IMG/VR virus record: IMGVR_UViG_3300045988_103228
Coordinates: 1 to 64,000 of that record
DNA length: 64,000 nt
Source: a virus
Reading direction: 5' to 3' (one strand)
The stretch's first letter is position 1. Each line of letters starts with the position of its first letter. The position numbers and the translations under genes were made by a program. Below the pieces are notes generated by a model, which did not search any database, was not told the DNA's origin, and saw nothing but the letters and a program-made list of their open reading frames with translations. Shown piece by piece: positions 29,026-38,159 of the stretch.

Positions 29026-30044
29026 TTAATTCTCCTAACACAGTTCTCGATCAATGCCTTAAATTTTTCAGGATTATCAGTCGGGGCTTCCTTTTCATCC
29101 AGAATCCCTTTATCATCTACTACAGCATACACACTTACGCCATCAACGAATCGATTGGCGAGAACCATAAGCTCACTAAGCTGAACGTCTTTATCAAAGA
29201 CAAAACAAATATCAACGCAAAGACGTGTCAAAATTTCAATTTGATTTTGTGAAACCTTCTTACCGCCAGTCGCCACACAGTTGCAGACATCCATGTTCCA
29301 CATCTGCATGACAGACTTTTCAGCTTCACCAACATATACCAGACCTTCATTCTTGATATAAGGCTCTGTTTTGTACAGGCCATACAGAATACGGTTTCTG
29401 GCACACGGTTCAATATACTTGTACTTCATCTCGCCTTCAGGCGGCTTGCCAAAGTATCTTCCCTTTACACCAACCAGAGTACCAATTTCATCTCTGATTG
29501 GAATCGTGATTCTATTTGTCAGTTCATCAAAGCCAATCTCAAACTCCTGCTGTGTCTCATAAGATATCCCATCGTCAGCAAAAATCTGGTTCACATAAGG
29601 TTTGTAATAACCGAGGATGGCTTCGGAGATTGGGATTATCGGACGGTCATCCTCGTGTTCTTCACCTTCATTTTGCATGGCAATGAGCTCTTTTAGAATC
29701 AACATACTTTTAGGAAGGTCTTCCTCAAAGTTGTGATAGTAGTCAAGACCAACCCATTCGCAGATTTGCTTAATGGCTTTTGGGAAAGACAGTTCCAGAA
29801 AGAACTGGACGACAGAAATCAAATCATAACTGGTCTTTCCATTAGCAATATCTCGTGTGTAATCTACCGCAGTAAGATTTTCATTCTCGTAAATACAGAG
29901 TGCCGTTCTATTGTCACCATCTGGGTTTGCACACTGGTAATAACCAGCTTTATGACTGATATGATGGCAACCAAGTTCCTCTAAAATCGGTTCAATCTGC
30001 TGTTCTTCAAGAATGTAATTTTTCAGATCTGCGATATTTACCAT
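29022..30044 (-). CDS. DNA primase (TOPRIM domain)
   Basis: 340 aa. N-terminal Cys/His cluster CHHISHK...CANPDG. TOPRIM segment YVGEAEKSVMQ...FVFDKDV. Confidence 0.55.
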   Translation of the reverse strand: MVNIADLKNYILEEQQIEPILEELGCHHISHKAGYYQCANPDGDNRTALCIYENENLTAVDYTRDIANGKTSYDLISVVQFFLELSFPKAIKQICEWVGLDYYHNFEEDLPKSMLILKELIAMQNEGEEHEDDRPIIPISEAILGYYKPYVNQIFADDGISYETQQEFEIGFDELTNRITIPIRDEIGTLVGVKGRYFGKPPEGEMKYKYIEPCARNRILYGLYKTEPYIKNEGLVYVGEAEKSVMQMWNMDVCNCVATGGKKVSQNQIEILTRLCVDICFVFDKDVQLSELMVLANRFVDGVSVYAVVDDKGILDEKEAPTDNPEKFKALIENCVRRIK

Positions 30045-30349
30045 ATTTTAGCCATCCACTCATCAATACACGTATTGATATCTCTCATCAAACAGACGTA
30101 TCGAATACTATCGAGTCGAATAATTACATGACCATCTGGATCGTCAGGATAGAAACTTTTTAATGAAACATAGTTTTCATCCAGCCAAGCAACCTTACCT
30201 TCCCAGCAAGCACCATTCTCGCAACAGATATCGGTCACAATAGTGTCATTACTCTTCTTATTTACGGCTTGCCGTTTTAGATTTCGGAGAATTGTTTCCT
30301 TATCCTGTTTGAAATTCCCTTCTGTAACTTTTATATAATGGCAATCCAT
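30038..30349 (-). CDS. Hypothetical protein
   Basis: 103-aa ORF. Confidence 0.4.
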   Translation of the reverse strand: MDCHYIKVTEGNFKQDKETILRNLKRQAVNKKSNDTIVTDICCENGACWEGKVAWLDENYVSLKSFYPDDPDGHVIIRLDSIRYVCLMRDINTCIDEWMAKIW

Positions 30350-30361
30350 CAGGCCACCTCC

Positions 30362-31885
30362 TTACTTTCTGGTGCAGACACCGACCTCTTTCCAGACATT
30401 CTGGTTCAAATTCACTTCAAACATGATTTTCTTTTTCTCACCAAAACGGTTCTTGTCGATGTTTCCAACGTAATACCGCTTATCTGGGTTCAGCCGATGG
30501 GCACAGTCACCGCCCCACTCAGGGTCATGAGAAATGTATTGATATTTCACAAACTTGTCTTTTGGAATCTCCTTGAACAGAACCATCGTCCAAGCAACAT
30601 GCTTAATCATTTTTGACTCAGCAATATTGTTTGAATTCAGCTCATCAGGAAGATATTCATGGGCATTTTCAGCCAACTGGATACTACCGTAGATAAAGAT
30701 CTTTAGATTTTTCGCAATCTCTTCAAGCTCGGTGGCCGTGACCTTGAATGCCGCCCATTCACCAATAGATGCAATATCGTTCTTTAGAGTATCATAGAAC
30801 ACATACTTAACTCCCTGAGTGAGAGCTGCCTTCTGGATTTCAAATCGTAGGGACTTGTCACTATAATCAGCAGAGACATCCTTTGCGATAATCAAGCCTT
30901 GTGATTCGCTCTCGATCCACTGGCAGACATCAAGTACATTGCGATACTCCTCGCTTTCCTCGTAGACACGAGCGGTGAACTCATCAATGCTTTCTATGTA
31001 TTCCCCGTCTTCGTTTTGCTTTCGGAAGATGAAGTTTCCATTTGCATCCCGGTACATTCCAAGAGTGATCTCTCGCTCATCCTTATGGAAACGATGACCA
31101 TGCAACTCTTGGAATTCGGGATTATTGATAGCGGTGACCAGTAAGCAATACCTGACTGACTCAAGATCCATCTCATTCAAAAGCAGAAGGGCTTTCTGCT
31201 TTTGAACCAATGTGACGTATGCAACAATCGCCATCATGTATCTAGTCTTACCAGCGTTAGATGGCATACCATTGAACATCACAGTGCCCAGCTTCAATCC
31301 TCGAAACAAATCATTCATGATAGGATACTGGAACGGCAAACCCATATCAGGAACACTCAGACGTTCATTGACCATTGGCAGCAGACCATTATTCAAAATC
31401 TCAGCATCATCGTTTGTGATGATAACCGTATTGATCTTGTCGGCCTTGCCACGAATCAATTTGTAAATGTCCTGAGCGCCAAACATTTCAAACTGTCGAT
31501 GCTTCAAGATTCCTTCAATGTTAAAACCGTTTCTCTGATACTCACGAAGTAGCGAATATTTCTTCAGGATATTGAAGTATCCCTTGATATCATCGTCATT
31601 CGCAAGGCTCATGTAGTATTCAATGGTTGACCAGCCCTTCAGCCGCTTGTATTGTGACAATCTGGACTCGTCTTCAGCCATAAACGTTAAAACAGACGTT
31701 TTATTGAATTCTTGAGTCCGAGTTTCGTAAATAATTAACGCTGCGCCGTAGAAAAATTTTGTTGCTTCATCGGCAAAATCGTACTTGCTCTTGACATAAT
31801 GCCCATACTCGACCAAATAGTCAGGATGCTTGTAAATTGCGCCGACAAATAAAATTTCGTTCGGGATATTTGAAATGAGTTCCAC
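30362..31885 (-). CDS. Replicative DNA helicase (DnaB family)
   Basis: 507 aa. Walker A GMPSNAGKT in the C-terminal RecA-like domain. Sits next to the primase. Confidence 0.65.
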   Translation of the reverse strand: MELISNIPNEILFVGAIYKHPDYLVEYGHYVKSKYDFADEATKFFYGAALIIYETRTQEFNKTSVLTFMAEDESRLSQYKRLKGWSTIEYYMSLANDDDIKGYFNILKKYSLLREYQRNGFNIEGILKHRQFEMFGAQDIYKLIRGKADKINTVIITNDDAEILNNGLLPMVNERLSVPDMGLPFQYPIMNDLFRGLKLGTVMFNGMPSNAGKTRYMMAIVAYVTLVQKQKALLLLNEMDLESVRYCLLVTAINNPEFQELHGHRFHKDEREITLGMYRDANGNFIFRKQNEDGEYIESIDEFTARVYEESEEYRNVLDVCQWIESESQGLIIAKDVSADYSDKSLRFEIQKAALTQGVKYVFYDTLKNDIASIGEWAAFKVTATELEEIAKNLKIFIYGSIQLAENAHEYLPDELNSNNIAESKMIKHVAWTMVLFKEIPKDKFVKYQYISHDPEWGGDCAHRLNPDKRYYVGNIDKNRFGEKKKIMFEVNLNQNVWKEVGVCTRK

Positions 31886-31906
31886 TCATCCACCTCCCTC
31901 GTGCTT

Positions 31907-32599
31907 TTATATCTCATCGAGAATTGCATTTATATCAATTTCATTCTCGTTTTTGCTCTGTTTTGGTACTGTTTTCATCCGTTTCAGTACCGTTTCCGTC
32001 AGATTTTCCTTTGTTTTACCTTCGCATTCACTACGAATCGAAGCTTGCCTTTCTTTTTGTTCGAGATAACTCGGATATTGTGCCAGTAAAACAGCCAAGT
32101 CATAATTCCATCGCTGACTCATATCAAAACCTTTTGCTTCTTTCTCGGCAATTATTTTATCTAGTCGGGGTTTCGCTAGAACCCACATATCGTAAAGTTC
32201 TAGCGGAGGAATCGAACCTCTATATTTGTAATAATTACCGGAAATCAACTGCGTAAGTTTCGAGTAGAAGCTACCCGGAACAACCGCCGGGGCGTATGTA
32301 TCTCGAATATGGTCGAAAAGAATCTTTTTTTCTTCCTGTTTGATATGTGCAAGCTCACGATTGTGGTCTTGTTCTCTCTTTTTGGAAAGAAGATCATCGA
32401 CCTTTTTATCCGTAGCGGGTTTCGCTTTGTCAAAAAATGCCCTTAGCAGGTCATCTGTCCAAGGGCGTTTTTGATTTTTCTTTTTTTCTACAAAACAATC
32501 CTTATGATAAAAACCAGTCTTGTCGTAGAAAAACGTGCTACGGTCTCGCTCGATGAAAATGTTCTTCCCGCAAATCTTGCATTTACGGGTTAGTTCCAT
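31907..32599 (-). CDS. Hypothetical protein (possible replication accessory or helicase loader)
   Basis: 230 aa. N-terminal CKICG Zn-finger-like motif. Lies between the dnaB-like and AAA_24 genes. Confidence 0.4.
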   Translation of the reverse strand: MELTRKCKICGKNIFIERDRSTFFYDKTGFYHKDCFVEKKKNQKRPWTDDLLRAFFDKAKPATDKKVDDLLSKKREQDHNRELAHIKQEEKKILFDHIRDTYAPAVVPGSFYSKLTQLISGNYYKYRGSIPPLELYDMWVLAKPRLDKIIAEKEAKGFDMSQRWNYDLAVLLAQYPSYLEQKERQASIRSECEGKTKENLTETVLKRMKTVPKQSKNENEIDINAILDEI

Positions 32600-33759
32600 T
32601 AAGCCAGTTCCTTCTCCATGACTGCGGCAACCTTCTTCAGTTCCTCAATATCAGTCATAGAACGGAATGCGGTAGACAGGCCAGCCGCCTTAACAGCCTT
32701 CTGTGCGGCACTCTTCTTCACAGGAGAAGCGGAAGCAATCAGATCATTCAGCTTTGCCTTAATGTCATCCAGAGAAGGCTCCTTGGATTCGGAGGTGTTC
32801 TCTGCAGGAGCATCATCACTGATATCATTGTCATCAAGACCAAGTTCACGAGCACGAAGCTTCATCTCGGTCTTAACTGCATCGTTCAGACCATTCTTGA
32901 TAATGACCTCACGATTCTTTGCGGAACGGTCGAGATATTCCTGATACTCAAGCAGAGTCAAATCTTCTACAACCTCACCGCCATTATGAACACCGGTACG
33001 ATCCTTATCAAAGTAAGCAAAGTTGATAGACTTATCATCGCTGGGATGATACATACGGAACTCAGTACCGACATTGTACTCCTGACCCTTGAAGCCATCA
33101 GGAATCTTGCGGCCAGTAGAAACGCTCACAGAAGAACCATTCACCAGCTTGGTTTCAGTCTCATCCTTCTCACGGCAAATGACGATGTAGCTCACGCCAG
33201 TTGCATTCAAATCCAGGATCAGGGACTGACCCTTAAAGTTCAGCTGCTGATAATCCTTCAACTCCATACCAGCACCCTCGATCTTCACCGACTTCTCATC
33301 ACCGGTCAGACCCTGTGCTGCAGCCTTAACTTTTGCACGCTTCTGCGAGAAATTAGTCAAGCCCTGTTTCGTAGTCAGATTAAGGATGGTTGCGGAATCA
33401 ACAACAATAGCGTCAGCACGGAAAGGCTTACCGTCAGCATCCAGCCAAACATTACCATCCTCATCCTCGAAGTCCTCATTGTCAGCAACGGTATGGATGA
33501 AATCCTGTACCTCTGCGAGAGACTGAGTGTAAACAATACGGAGATTCATCGGGTCGAGCCCATTATCCATCAGTTCCTCACGATAATCGTCGATAGAACC
33601 AGACTCAGTATCCAGATACAGAACACGGAACGGACGACCTTCAGGAGTCTTCATGTAGCAGAACTGCATAGCAAATCGAGACTTACCAGTTCCCTGCTCG
33701 CCATACACAAGCATACGAAGCTTCTTACGAATAGCAGATGCATCACAAACAATAGCCAT
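32599..33759 (-). CDS. AAA_24/Sak4-like RecA-fold ATPase (recombination/annealing)
   Basis: 386 aa. N-terminal Walker A LVYGEQGTGKSRFAMQF, acidic C-terminal extension. Confidence 0.55.
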   Translation of the reverse strand: MAIVCDASAIRKKLRMLVYGEQGTGKSRFAMQFCYMKTPEGRPFRVLYLDTESGSIDDYREELMDNGLDPMNLRIVYTQSLAEVQDFIHTVADNEDFEDEDGNVWLDADGKPFRADAIVVDSATILNLTTKQGLTNFSQKRAKVKAAAQGLTGDEKSVKIEGAGMELKDYQQLNFKGQSLILDLNATGVSYIVICREKDETETKLVNGSSVSVSTGRKIPDGFKGQEYNVGTEFRMYHPSDDKSINFAYFDKDRTGVHNGGEVVEDLTLLEYQEYLDRSAKNREVIIKNGLNDAVKTEMKLRARELGLDDNDISDDAPAENTSESKEPSLDDIKAKLNDLIASASPVKKSAAQKAVKAAGLSTAFRSMTDIEELKKVAAVMEKELA

Positions 33760-33795
33760 ATATGTAAATTCCTCTCTAAATCTTTTCTTTTATTT

Positions 33796-33818
33796 GTATC
33801 CTGTGTCACTTAGCTAAG
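33796..33818 (+). repeat. Conserved intergenic 21-nt motif, copy 4
   Basis: gtatcctgtgtcacttagctaag. Contains the perfect palindrome CTTAGCTAAG. Confidence 0.7.
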
Positions 33819-33826
33819 ACTAAAAA

Positions 33827-34930
33827 TTACACTCCCCAGTCATCCTCTTCCTCGTTTACAGGAGTTGCAGTAGACTTGTTAGAACCACCCCACCAAGAAG
33901 TGTCGTTCTCAGCAGCCTTACCGTCAAAGTCCTTCTTGGCCTGAGCATTGGCGGCAATTTTTGCCCGTGCCTCAGAGATATTGTCCTCAGTGTAAGTGGA
34001 CTCCGCATCCTTATCACCAGGATTCGGATCAAAGGAATCAGGGTTAACACCCTCAATATACAGCTTGCGAACCGCCGGAGTGCTCTGGCGCTTCATCTTG
34101 TTGGGGCCACCCCAGATATTCTCGGTCTCAACTTCCTCAACCTTCTGCTGATTAACGATAGGGCCAAAGCACTCAAAACTGGTATAGGGCTTCAGACGCT
34201 TACGAATAGAGTCTGCCAGAACCTTATTCTGAGTATTTGCCTTGTAATCAATGAAGAACTCCGCATCCTCAATGGTGCTGTAGTTCACGATCTTTGCATC
34301 GACAACTACCTCATCGCCCTCATCACTCTTGCGGCAACCAGTGTAAACAATGGTCTGAGTAAACAGAGCCAGCTCCTCGAAACCCTCTGCATCGAAGTCA
34401 ATTTCCTTAGAACTCAGAGACACCTGAGTAGGAACAAAACGAATCTGGTGCTTATCATTGTAAGTGCTGTACTCGATGTTACCACGAACATACACATTAT
34501 CGCCATCATGCAGGTTCTCAGAAATCTCCTTAGCTGCATCGAAATCGGTCAGAGTCTTGTTATCATTGATAACCTTACCGGACTCATTCGTCTTCTTGGT
34601 AACACCGACCTTAACGCCAATCATGTCATAACCTTCCGGTGCAACATAGGTCATGCGATCCTTCCAAGCGACTTCCTTCTTGTCCTTCTCAATGCCCTTG
34701 TCCTTATCGGCACGGCGGAAGAAGTAAACCTTATCACGAGGCATACCAGCCAGATCAACATAGAAAGTATTTTCGTTGGAAGTCTGAACGCCAAAGCTCA
34801 GGACACGGCGCATAGCACCACTCTTGGTCTCCTTCTCGTTATAGAAGTTGCTACGCTGGGTGCCGGTGACCTTACCAGCCATCTCAAAAGAACCACGGGT
34901 CTGAGGAAGATTAAAAATTCTATCTGCCAT
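33827..34930 (-). CDS. Putative ssDNA-binding protein (phage SSB-like, acidic tail)
   Basis: 367 aa. Directly upstream of the AAA_24 gene (the usual Sak4-SSB pairing). Acidic C-terminus EEEDDWGV. Family not confirmed. Confidence 0.35.
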   Translation of the reverse strand: MADRIFNLPQTRGSFEMAGKVTGTQRSNFYNEKETKSGAMRRVLSFGVQTSNENTFYVDLAGMPRDKVYFFRRADKDKGIEKDKKEVAWKDRMTYVAPEGYDMIGVKVGVTKKTNESGKVINDNKTLTDFDAAKEISENLHDGDNVYVRGNIEYSTYNDKHQIRFVPTQVSLSSKEIDFDAEGFEELALFTQTIVYTGCRKSDEGDEVVVDAKIVNYSTIEDAEFFIDYKANTQNKVLADSIRKRLKPYTSFECFGPIVNQQKVEEVETENIWGGPNKMKRQSTPAVRKLYIEGVNPDSFDPNPGDKDAESTYTEDNISEARAKIAANAQAKKDFDGKAAENDTSWWGGSNKSTATPVNEEEDDWGV

Positions 34931-35075
34931 ATCAAGTCTCCTTTATGTAATTTTGTTTCACTGATAATCACTTATGTTTCTTTCTGCTGTCTTAAATCAA
35001 TTCATGCACTGTTCATTCTATATATTGTCCTCCGTTTGGCTTATTGATGGCTTATATCTCATACGGCTTTTGCCG

Positions 35076-35288
35076 TTAGAAATCGTCCTTTAAGGGATTA
35101 TGTAAAAACATCGCACCGAGCACTACTGGGAGCCGTTCTGAACATTCAGGACACAGATCAAAACTCAAACATGAACCATCAAGTTGGCTACCGTAAGAGT
35201 ATTGATGTTCAAAACTGATTCCCTGCTCGCTGCCTATCGGCTTGATTTCACGACCACACCAGTTACATATTTTCTTACATGTGTTCAT
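35076..35288 (-). CDS. Hypothetical zinc-ribbon protein
   Basis: 70 aa with CNWCG...CPEC. Confidence 0.4.
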   Translation of the reverse strand: MNTCKKICNWCGREIKPIGSEQGISFEHQYSYGSQLDGSCLSFDLCPECSERLPVVLGAMFLHNPLKDDF

Positions 35289-35304
35289 ACGGCATCACCC
35301 CATT

Positions 35305-35583
35305 TTAATATTCCCTATCACGGAACATCTTAGATTGAGCACGAGTCAATCTGTTGTTCCGGCCATACTTAGGTCTGAATGCGGACTGTAGCTTGTTGTT
35401 TGCATATTCGAGGTCACTCTCCAGAATCTTCGCAGCTTCTTCAATGTAATCTCGAATGGCGCAATACTGGTCGTTGTTGATGTAGTGCGTCTTTAGGTAA
35501 TCAAGCATATCGACTGCCTGATTTTTCAAAAGAAGCGTATCTTCAAGCTGTGTCTTGCGCCGTTGGAAGAAATCTATATTCAA
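35305..35583 (-). CDS. Hypothetical protein
   Basis: 92-aa ORF. Confidence 0.4.
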   Translation of the reverse strand: MNIDFFQRRKTQLEDTLLLKNQAVDMLDYLKTHYINNDQYCAIRDYIEEAAKILESDLEYANNKLQSAFRPKYGRNNRLTRAQSKMFRDREY

Positions 35584-35786
35584 CTAAACATCTCCTCCTT
35601 CTTTTCAGTAAACCTGCTCCAATCCATCTTGCGATGACAATCAGAACATTCACACTCGAACTTTTCCAGCTTCGTCACACAAAACGGACAGAGATACGTG
35701 TTCTTCTCCTTCTGAAAGATAGGACTTGCCGGAAGGCTCAAGGAACCGTGGTCGATAGTTACATTGATAGGAATTTTGCTGTTCAT
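35580..35786 (-). CDS. Hypothetical zinc-finger protein
   Basis: 68 aa with CPFC...CECSDCH. Confidence 0.4.
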   Translation of the reverse strand: MNSKIPINVTIDHGSLSLPASPIFQKEKNTYLCPFCVTKLEKFECECSDCHRKMDWSRFTEKKEEMFS

Positions 35787-35814
35787 TAGGTCACCTATTA
35801 TTTGAATTAGCCTT

Positions 35815-36360
35815 TTATGAGATTTTTTTATCGAGTTTCCGTAACTCTAACTTACTTGGAAGAAAATTTCTACAGAAGTACGCACTTCCAAACGACACTC
35901 CCTCAACAGGGCTGTCAGTATGTTCAGGGTCCATAAATCCGATTCGAGAATCAAAACACAGCATCTGTACATCATTTTTGAAGATGTCAAATCGTGTCTT
36001 ACCCTGAATACTATTTGCAGGAAGTAGTAGAGCAAACGGCTTTTCAAGCTCATAGGCTCTACGCAATACTTCATCCTTCCTACTAAAAGGAGGATTTGAA
36101 ATCATAACATCCCAACGCTCTGGTTCATATGTAAAGAAATCTTGCCCGTTATCAATGTGGCTACATTCTACCTTGTACCCAGCATCTCTGAATACCTTCA
36201 CAAAGGAAGACCATTCTTTATCAAACGGACACCAAATCACAGCTTTACTCGACGGGGGGGTGAACTCAAGCAGTGGAACAACCGCATAAACCGGTGTATA
36301 TCGCTCATCACCTGATACAGATCGGTCAGCTGTAAGATATCCTTTGTTTTCTGGCATCAA
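35815..36360 (-). CDS. Putative DNA N6-adenine methyltransferase (NPPF motif)
   Basis: 181 aa. Catalytic motif IV ISNPPFS. Confidence 0.5.
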   Translation of the reverse strand: MMPENKGYLTADRSVSGDERYTPVYAVVPLLEFTPPSSKAVIWCPFDKEWSSFVKVFRDAGYKVECSHIDNGQDFFTYEPERWDVMISNPPFSRKDEVLRRAYELEKPFALLLPANSIQGKTRFDIFKNDVQMLCFDSRIGFMDPEHTDSPVEGVSFGSAYFCRNFLPSKLELRKLDKKIS

Positions 36361-36989
36361 TTCACCTCATTTTCAATGTACTCTGAAAATTGTTCTGCGA
36401 TAGCACGAGCAATCCCATGGAAGGTCTTAGCTCTATTCTTTGCATCCTCACCACGTTTAGCTGCGCCACGATTTCTTACATTGCCTTTATTGGCCGAAGT
36501 TCCACAAGGGCAATACGGACCCTTCGGTTCAACCGCTTCAACCGGAACCAGATTAGGAAGACCTTTCAGCCATAAACAGGTCTTCTTTGTCCATGGATGG
36601 TCCTTACCATAAAATTCATATGGCTGAATCATCTGCGATGGTTTTGGCATTTCATAAACAGCACTCGGAATTGGATTCTCAACACAAATGTGTTTGATCG
36701 GTGCGTTGTAAAACGCCATAAAGAATTCCTTAGCTTCTAATCCCTGTTGATACCGTTCTTGATTCAATTTGTGCCCAGCCCACAACCATCGTGCGCCAGC
36801 GTTTGATAAATATGTACACGGAGGATGTGCAATCAATAGATCCCACTGCTTAACATAGTGTTGTGTGCCGTCCATTGTGACTATCTGCCCACCCTGTAAA
36901 GCTGCCAGTGCATTACCCAAAATATGCCACTCTGGGTGACCACCGGACGGAGGTTGAATATCACAAGAATACGCTTCATGACCAAGCAA
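36357..36989 (-). CDS. DNA C5-cytosine methyltransferase (short; degenerate motif I)
   Basis: Motif IV HPPCTYLS (PC catalytic Cys), motif VI ICVENP (ENV), C-terminal motif X-like FHGIARAIAEQF. The called start is a TTG with no RBS. The in-frame upstream extension ...SYIIQDTKGGVVILRVLIACEESQE covers a degenerate motif I region and has no ATG/GTG. Confidence 0.55.
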   Translation of the reverse strand: MLGHEAYSCDIQPPSGGHPEWHILGNALAALQGGQIVTMDGTQHYVKQWDLLIAHPPCTYLSNAGARWLWAGHKLNQERYQQGLEAKEFFMAFYNAPIKHICVENPIPSAVYEMPKPSQMIQPYEFYGKDHPWTKKTCLWLKGLPNLVPVEAVEPKGPYCPCGTSANKGNVRNRGAAKRGEDAKNRAKTFHGIARAIAEQFSEYIENEVN

Positions 36990-37062
36990 TCGAAATGCTT
37001 TACAAACTTCCTGTGATTCCTCACAGGCAATTAGAACTCGTAAGATTACAACCCCTCCTTTT

Positions 37063-37083
37063 GTATCCTGTATTATATAGCTA
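37063..37083 (+). repeat. Conserved intergenic 21-nt motif, copy 5
   Basis: gtatcctgtattatatagcta. On the gene strand it is followed directly by AAAAGGAGGGG. Confidence 0.7.
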
Positions 37084-37189
37084 AAACTTTAAAAATGAGC
37101 AAAAAATAATAGACGTATTAACGTCATATTATTCATTCGCTTATAAAACAAAAGTTCTAGCGGGGTTTATGTATGCCCTTTCAGGCTGG

Positions 37190-37263
37190 TGGGACAGGAG
37201 AGATTTGAACTCCCGACCAAGCGGTTATGAGCCGCCAGCTCTGACCAACTGAGCTACTATCCC
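37190..37263 (-). tRNA. tRNA-Met(CAT): tRNA-Met/fMet (anticodon CAT)
   Basis: Hand-folded GGGATAG/CTGTCCC acceptor, D-arm GCTCAGTTGGTCAGAGC, anticodon loop CTCATAA, T-arm GGGAGTTCAAATCTCTC, CCA encoded. Confidence 0.7.
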
Positions 37264-37292
37264 ATGCAAACGCCGACTTTCATCGGCGTGAT

Positions 37293-37360
37293 GCCAGTGA
37301 AGGAATCGAACCTTATCTCTCGGTGTTTCCGAGCGCTTTTACCATTAAGCTATCCAGCCG
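37293..37360 (-). ncRNA. Degenerate tRNA-like element (possible pseudo-tRNA)
   Basis: Canonical D-arm TAGCTTAATGGTAAAAGC and T-arm AAGGTTCGATTCCTT. The anticodon arm CTCGG-AAACA-CCGAG has only a 5-nt loop, and the 5' and 3' acceptor strands do not pair. Confidence 0.3.
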
Positions 37361-37493
37361 TATACCTCAGAATTTAATTCTCACTATCCAAGCTATGTCG
37401 CGTTCCAATATGATCACTCTTGACAACCATGTCGTAACATATAGGTTTCTTTCGGCTCTGAGTAACCGGTGCAGCGTAAGGGGCTGCGTGTGG

Positions 37494-37566
37494 AGCGACT
37501 GACGGGGTATGATCCCGCAACATTCAGATTGGAAATCTGACGCTCTGCCAATTGAACTACAGTCGC
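37494..37566 (-). tRNA. tRNA-Gly(TCC): tRNA-Gly (anticodon TCC)
   Basis: Acceptor GCGACTG/CAGTCGC, anticodon arm TCAGA-TTTCCAA-TCTGA, unusual T-loop ATCATAC, CCA encoded. Confidence 0.6.
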
Positions 37567-37675
37567 ATAATCACCCAGCTTGCAAAGCACTACTGCACCA
37601 TCACTGGCGAGCTGGGAATAATAGTGGTAATCAAAGGAGATCAACAAACGGTACGCAACCATAAGTTGATAATGG

Positions 37676-37761
37676 TGGACACGACCCGATTTGAACGGGC
37701 ACACCGCTGTTAACGGCAAAAGAGCCTAAATCTTTCATGTCTGCGATTCCATCACGTGTCC
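37676..37761 (-). tRNA. tRNA-Leu(TAG): tRNA-Leu (anticodon TAG), class II
   Basis: Acceptor GGACACG/CGTGTCC, anticodon arm AAAGA-TTTAGGC-TCTTT, long variable arm, T-arm GCCCGTTCAAATCGGGT, CCA encoded. Confidence 0.6.
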
Positions 37762-37766
37762 ATAAA

Positions 37767-37856
37767 TTGAGGGTGTCGGGATCGAACCGACGATCGGCTA
37801 TAAAGCACGCTGTCTGGGTCAAAGCCAGATGCCATTTACCACTTGGTGAACCCTCA
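37767..37856 (-). tRNA. tRNA with anticodon TTG (nominally Gln) but a class-II-like 21-nt variable region; identity uncertain
   Basis: Perfect 7-bp acceptor TGAGGGT/ACCCTCA. Anticodon arm TCTGG-CTTTGAC-CCAGA. T-arm GTCGGTTCGATCCCGAC. Discriminator A, no encoded CCA. Confidence 0.45.
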
Positions 37857-37955
37857 TTATGTAACTTGGCTTGCTGCGTCCTACTGCTCCGTTTTTTTGG
37901 AGAGCCAAGAATAATAGGAAGGTATTCATGAAAAGCAAGTGGAATACTCCACTGG

Positions 37956-38026
37956 TCCAAAATGTCGAATTCGAATCGCTCTTCTGCGTCCCAAACGCAG
38001 CGTGCTGCCATTACACTACATTTTGG
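37956..38026 (-). tRNA. tRNA-Pro(TGG): tRNA-Pro (anticodon TGG)
   Basis: Anticodon arm CTGCG-TTTGGGA-CGCAG. 8-bp complementarity at the termini CCAAAATG/CATTTTGG. Weak T-stem around TTCGAAT. CCA encoded. Confidence 0.5.
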
Positions 38027-38032
38027 ATATGG

Positions 38033-38117
38033 TGCCGCAGGTGGGATTCAAACCCACGATCCGTGTTTCAGGCGTCCCGGTTTAAGCGGGAAATGTATGT
38101 CACTCCATCACTGCGGC
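38033..38117 (-). tRNA. tRNA-Leu(TAA): tRNA-Leu (anticodon TAA), class II
   Basis: Acceptor GCCGCAG/CTGCGGC, anticodon arm TCCCG-CTTAAAC-CGGGA, T-arm GTGGGTTTGAATCCCAC, CCA encoded. Confidence 0.65.
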
Positions 38118-38159
38118 ATATACAGAAGCTGTATAAAATACAGCTTCATTCTTTTGAAA

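Noticed and set aside
37414-38011. Minus-strand ORFs 37414..37719 and 37631..38011, and plus ORFs 37737..38276, across the tRNA cluster
   Set aside because: They overlap well-folded tRNA genes and are read-through of structured RNA, not coding.
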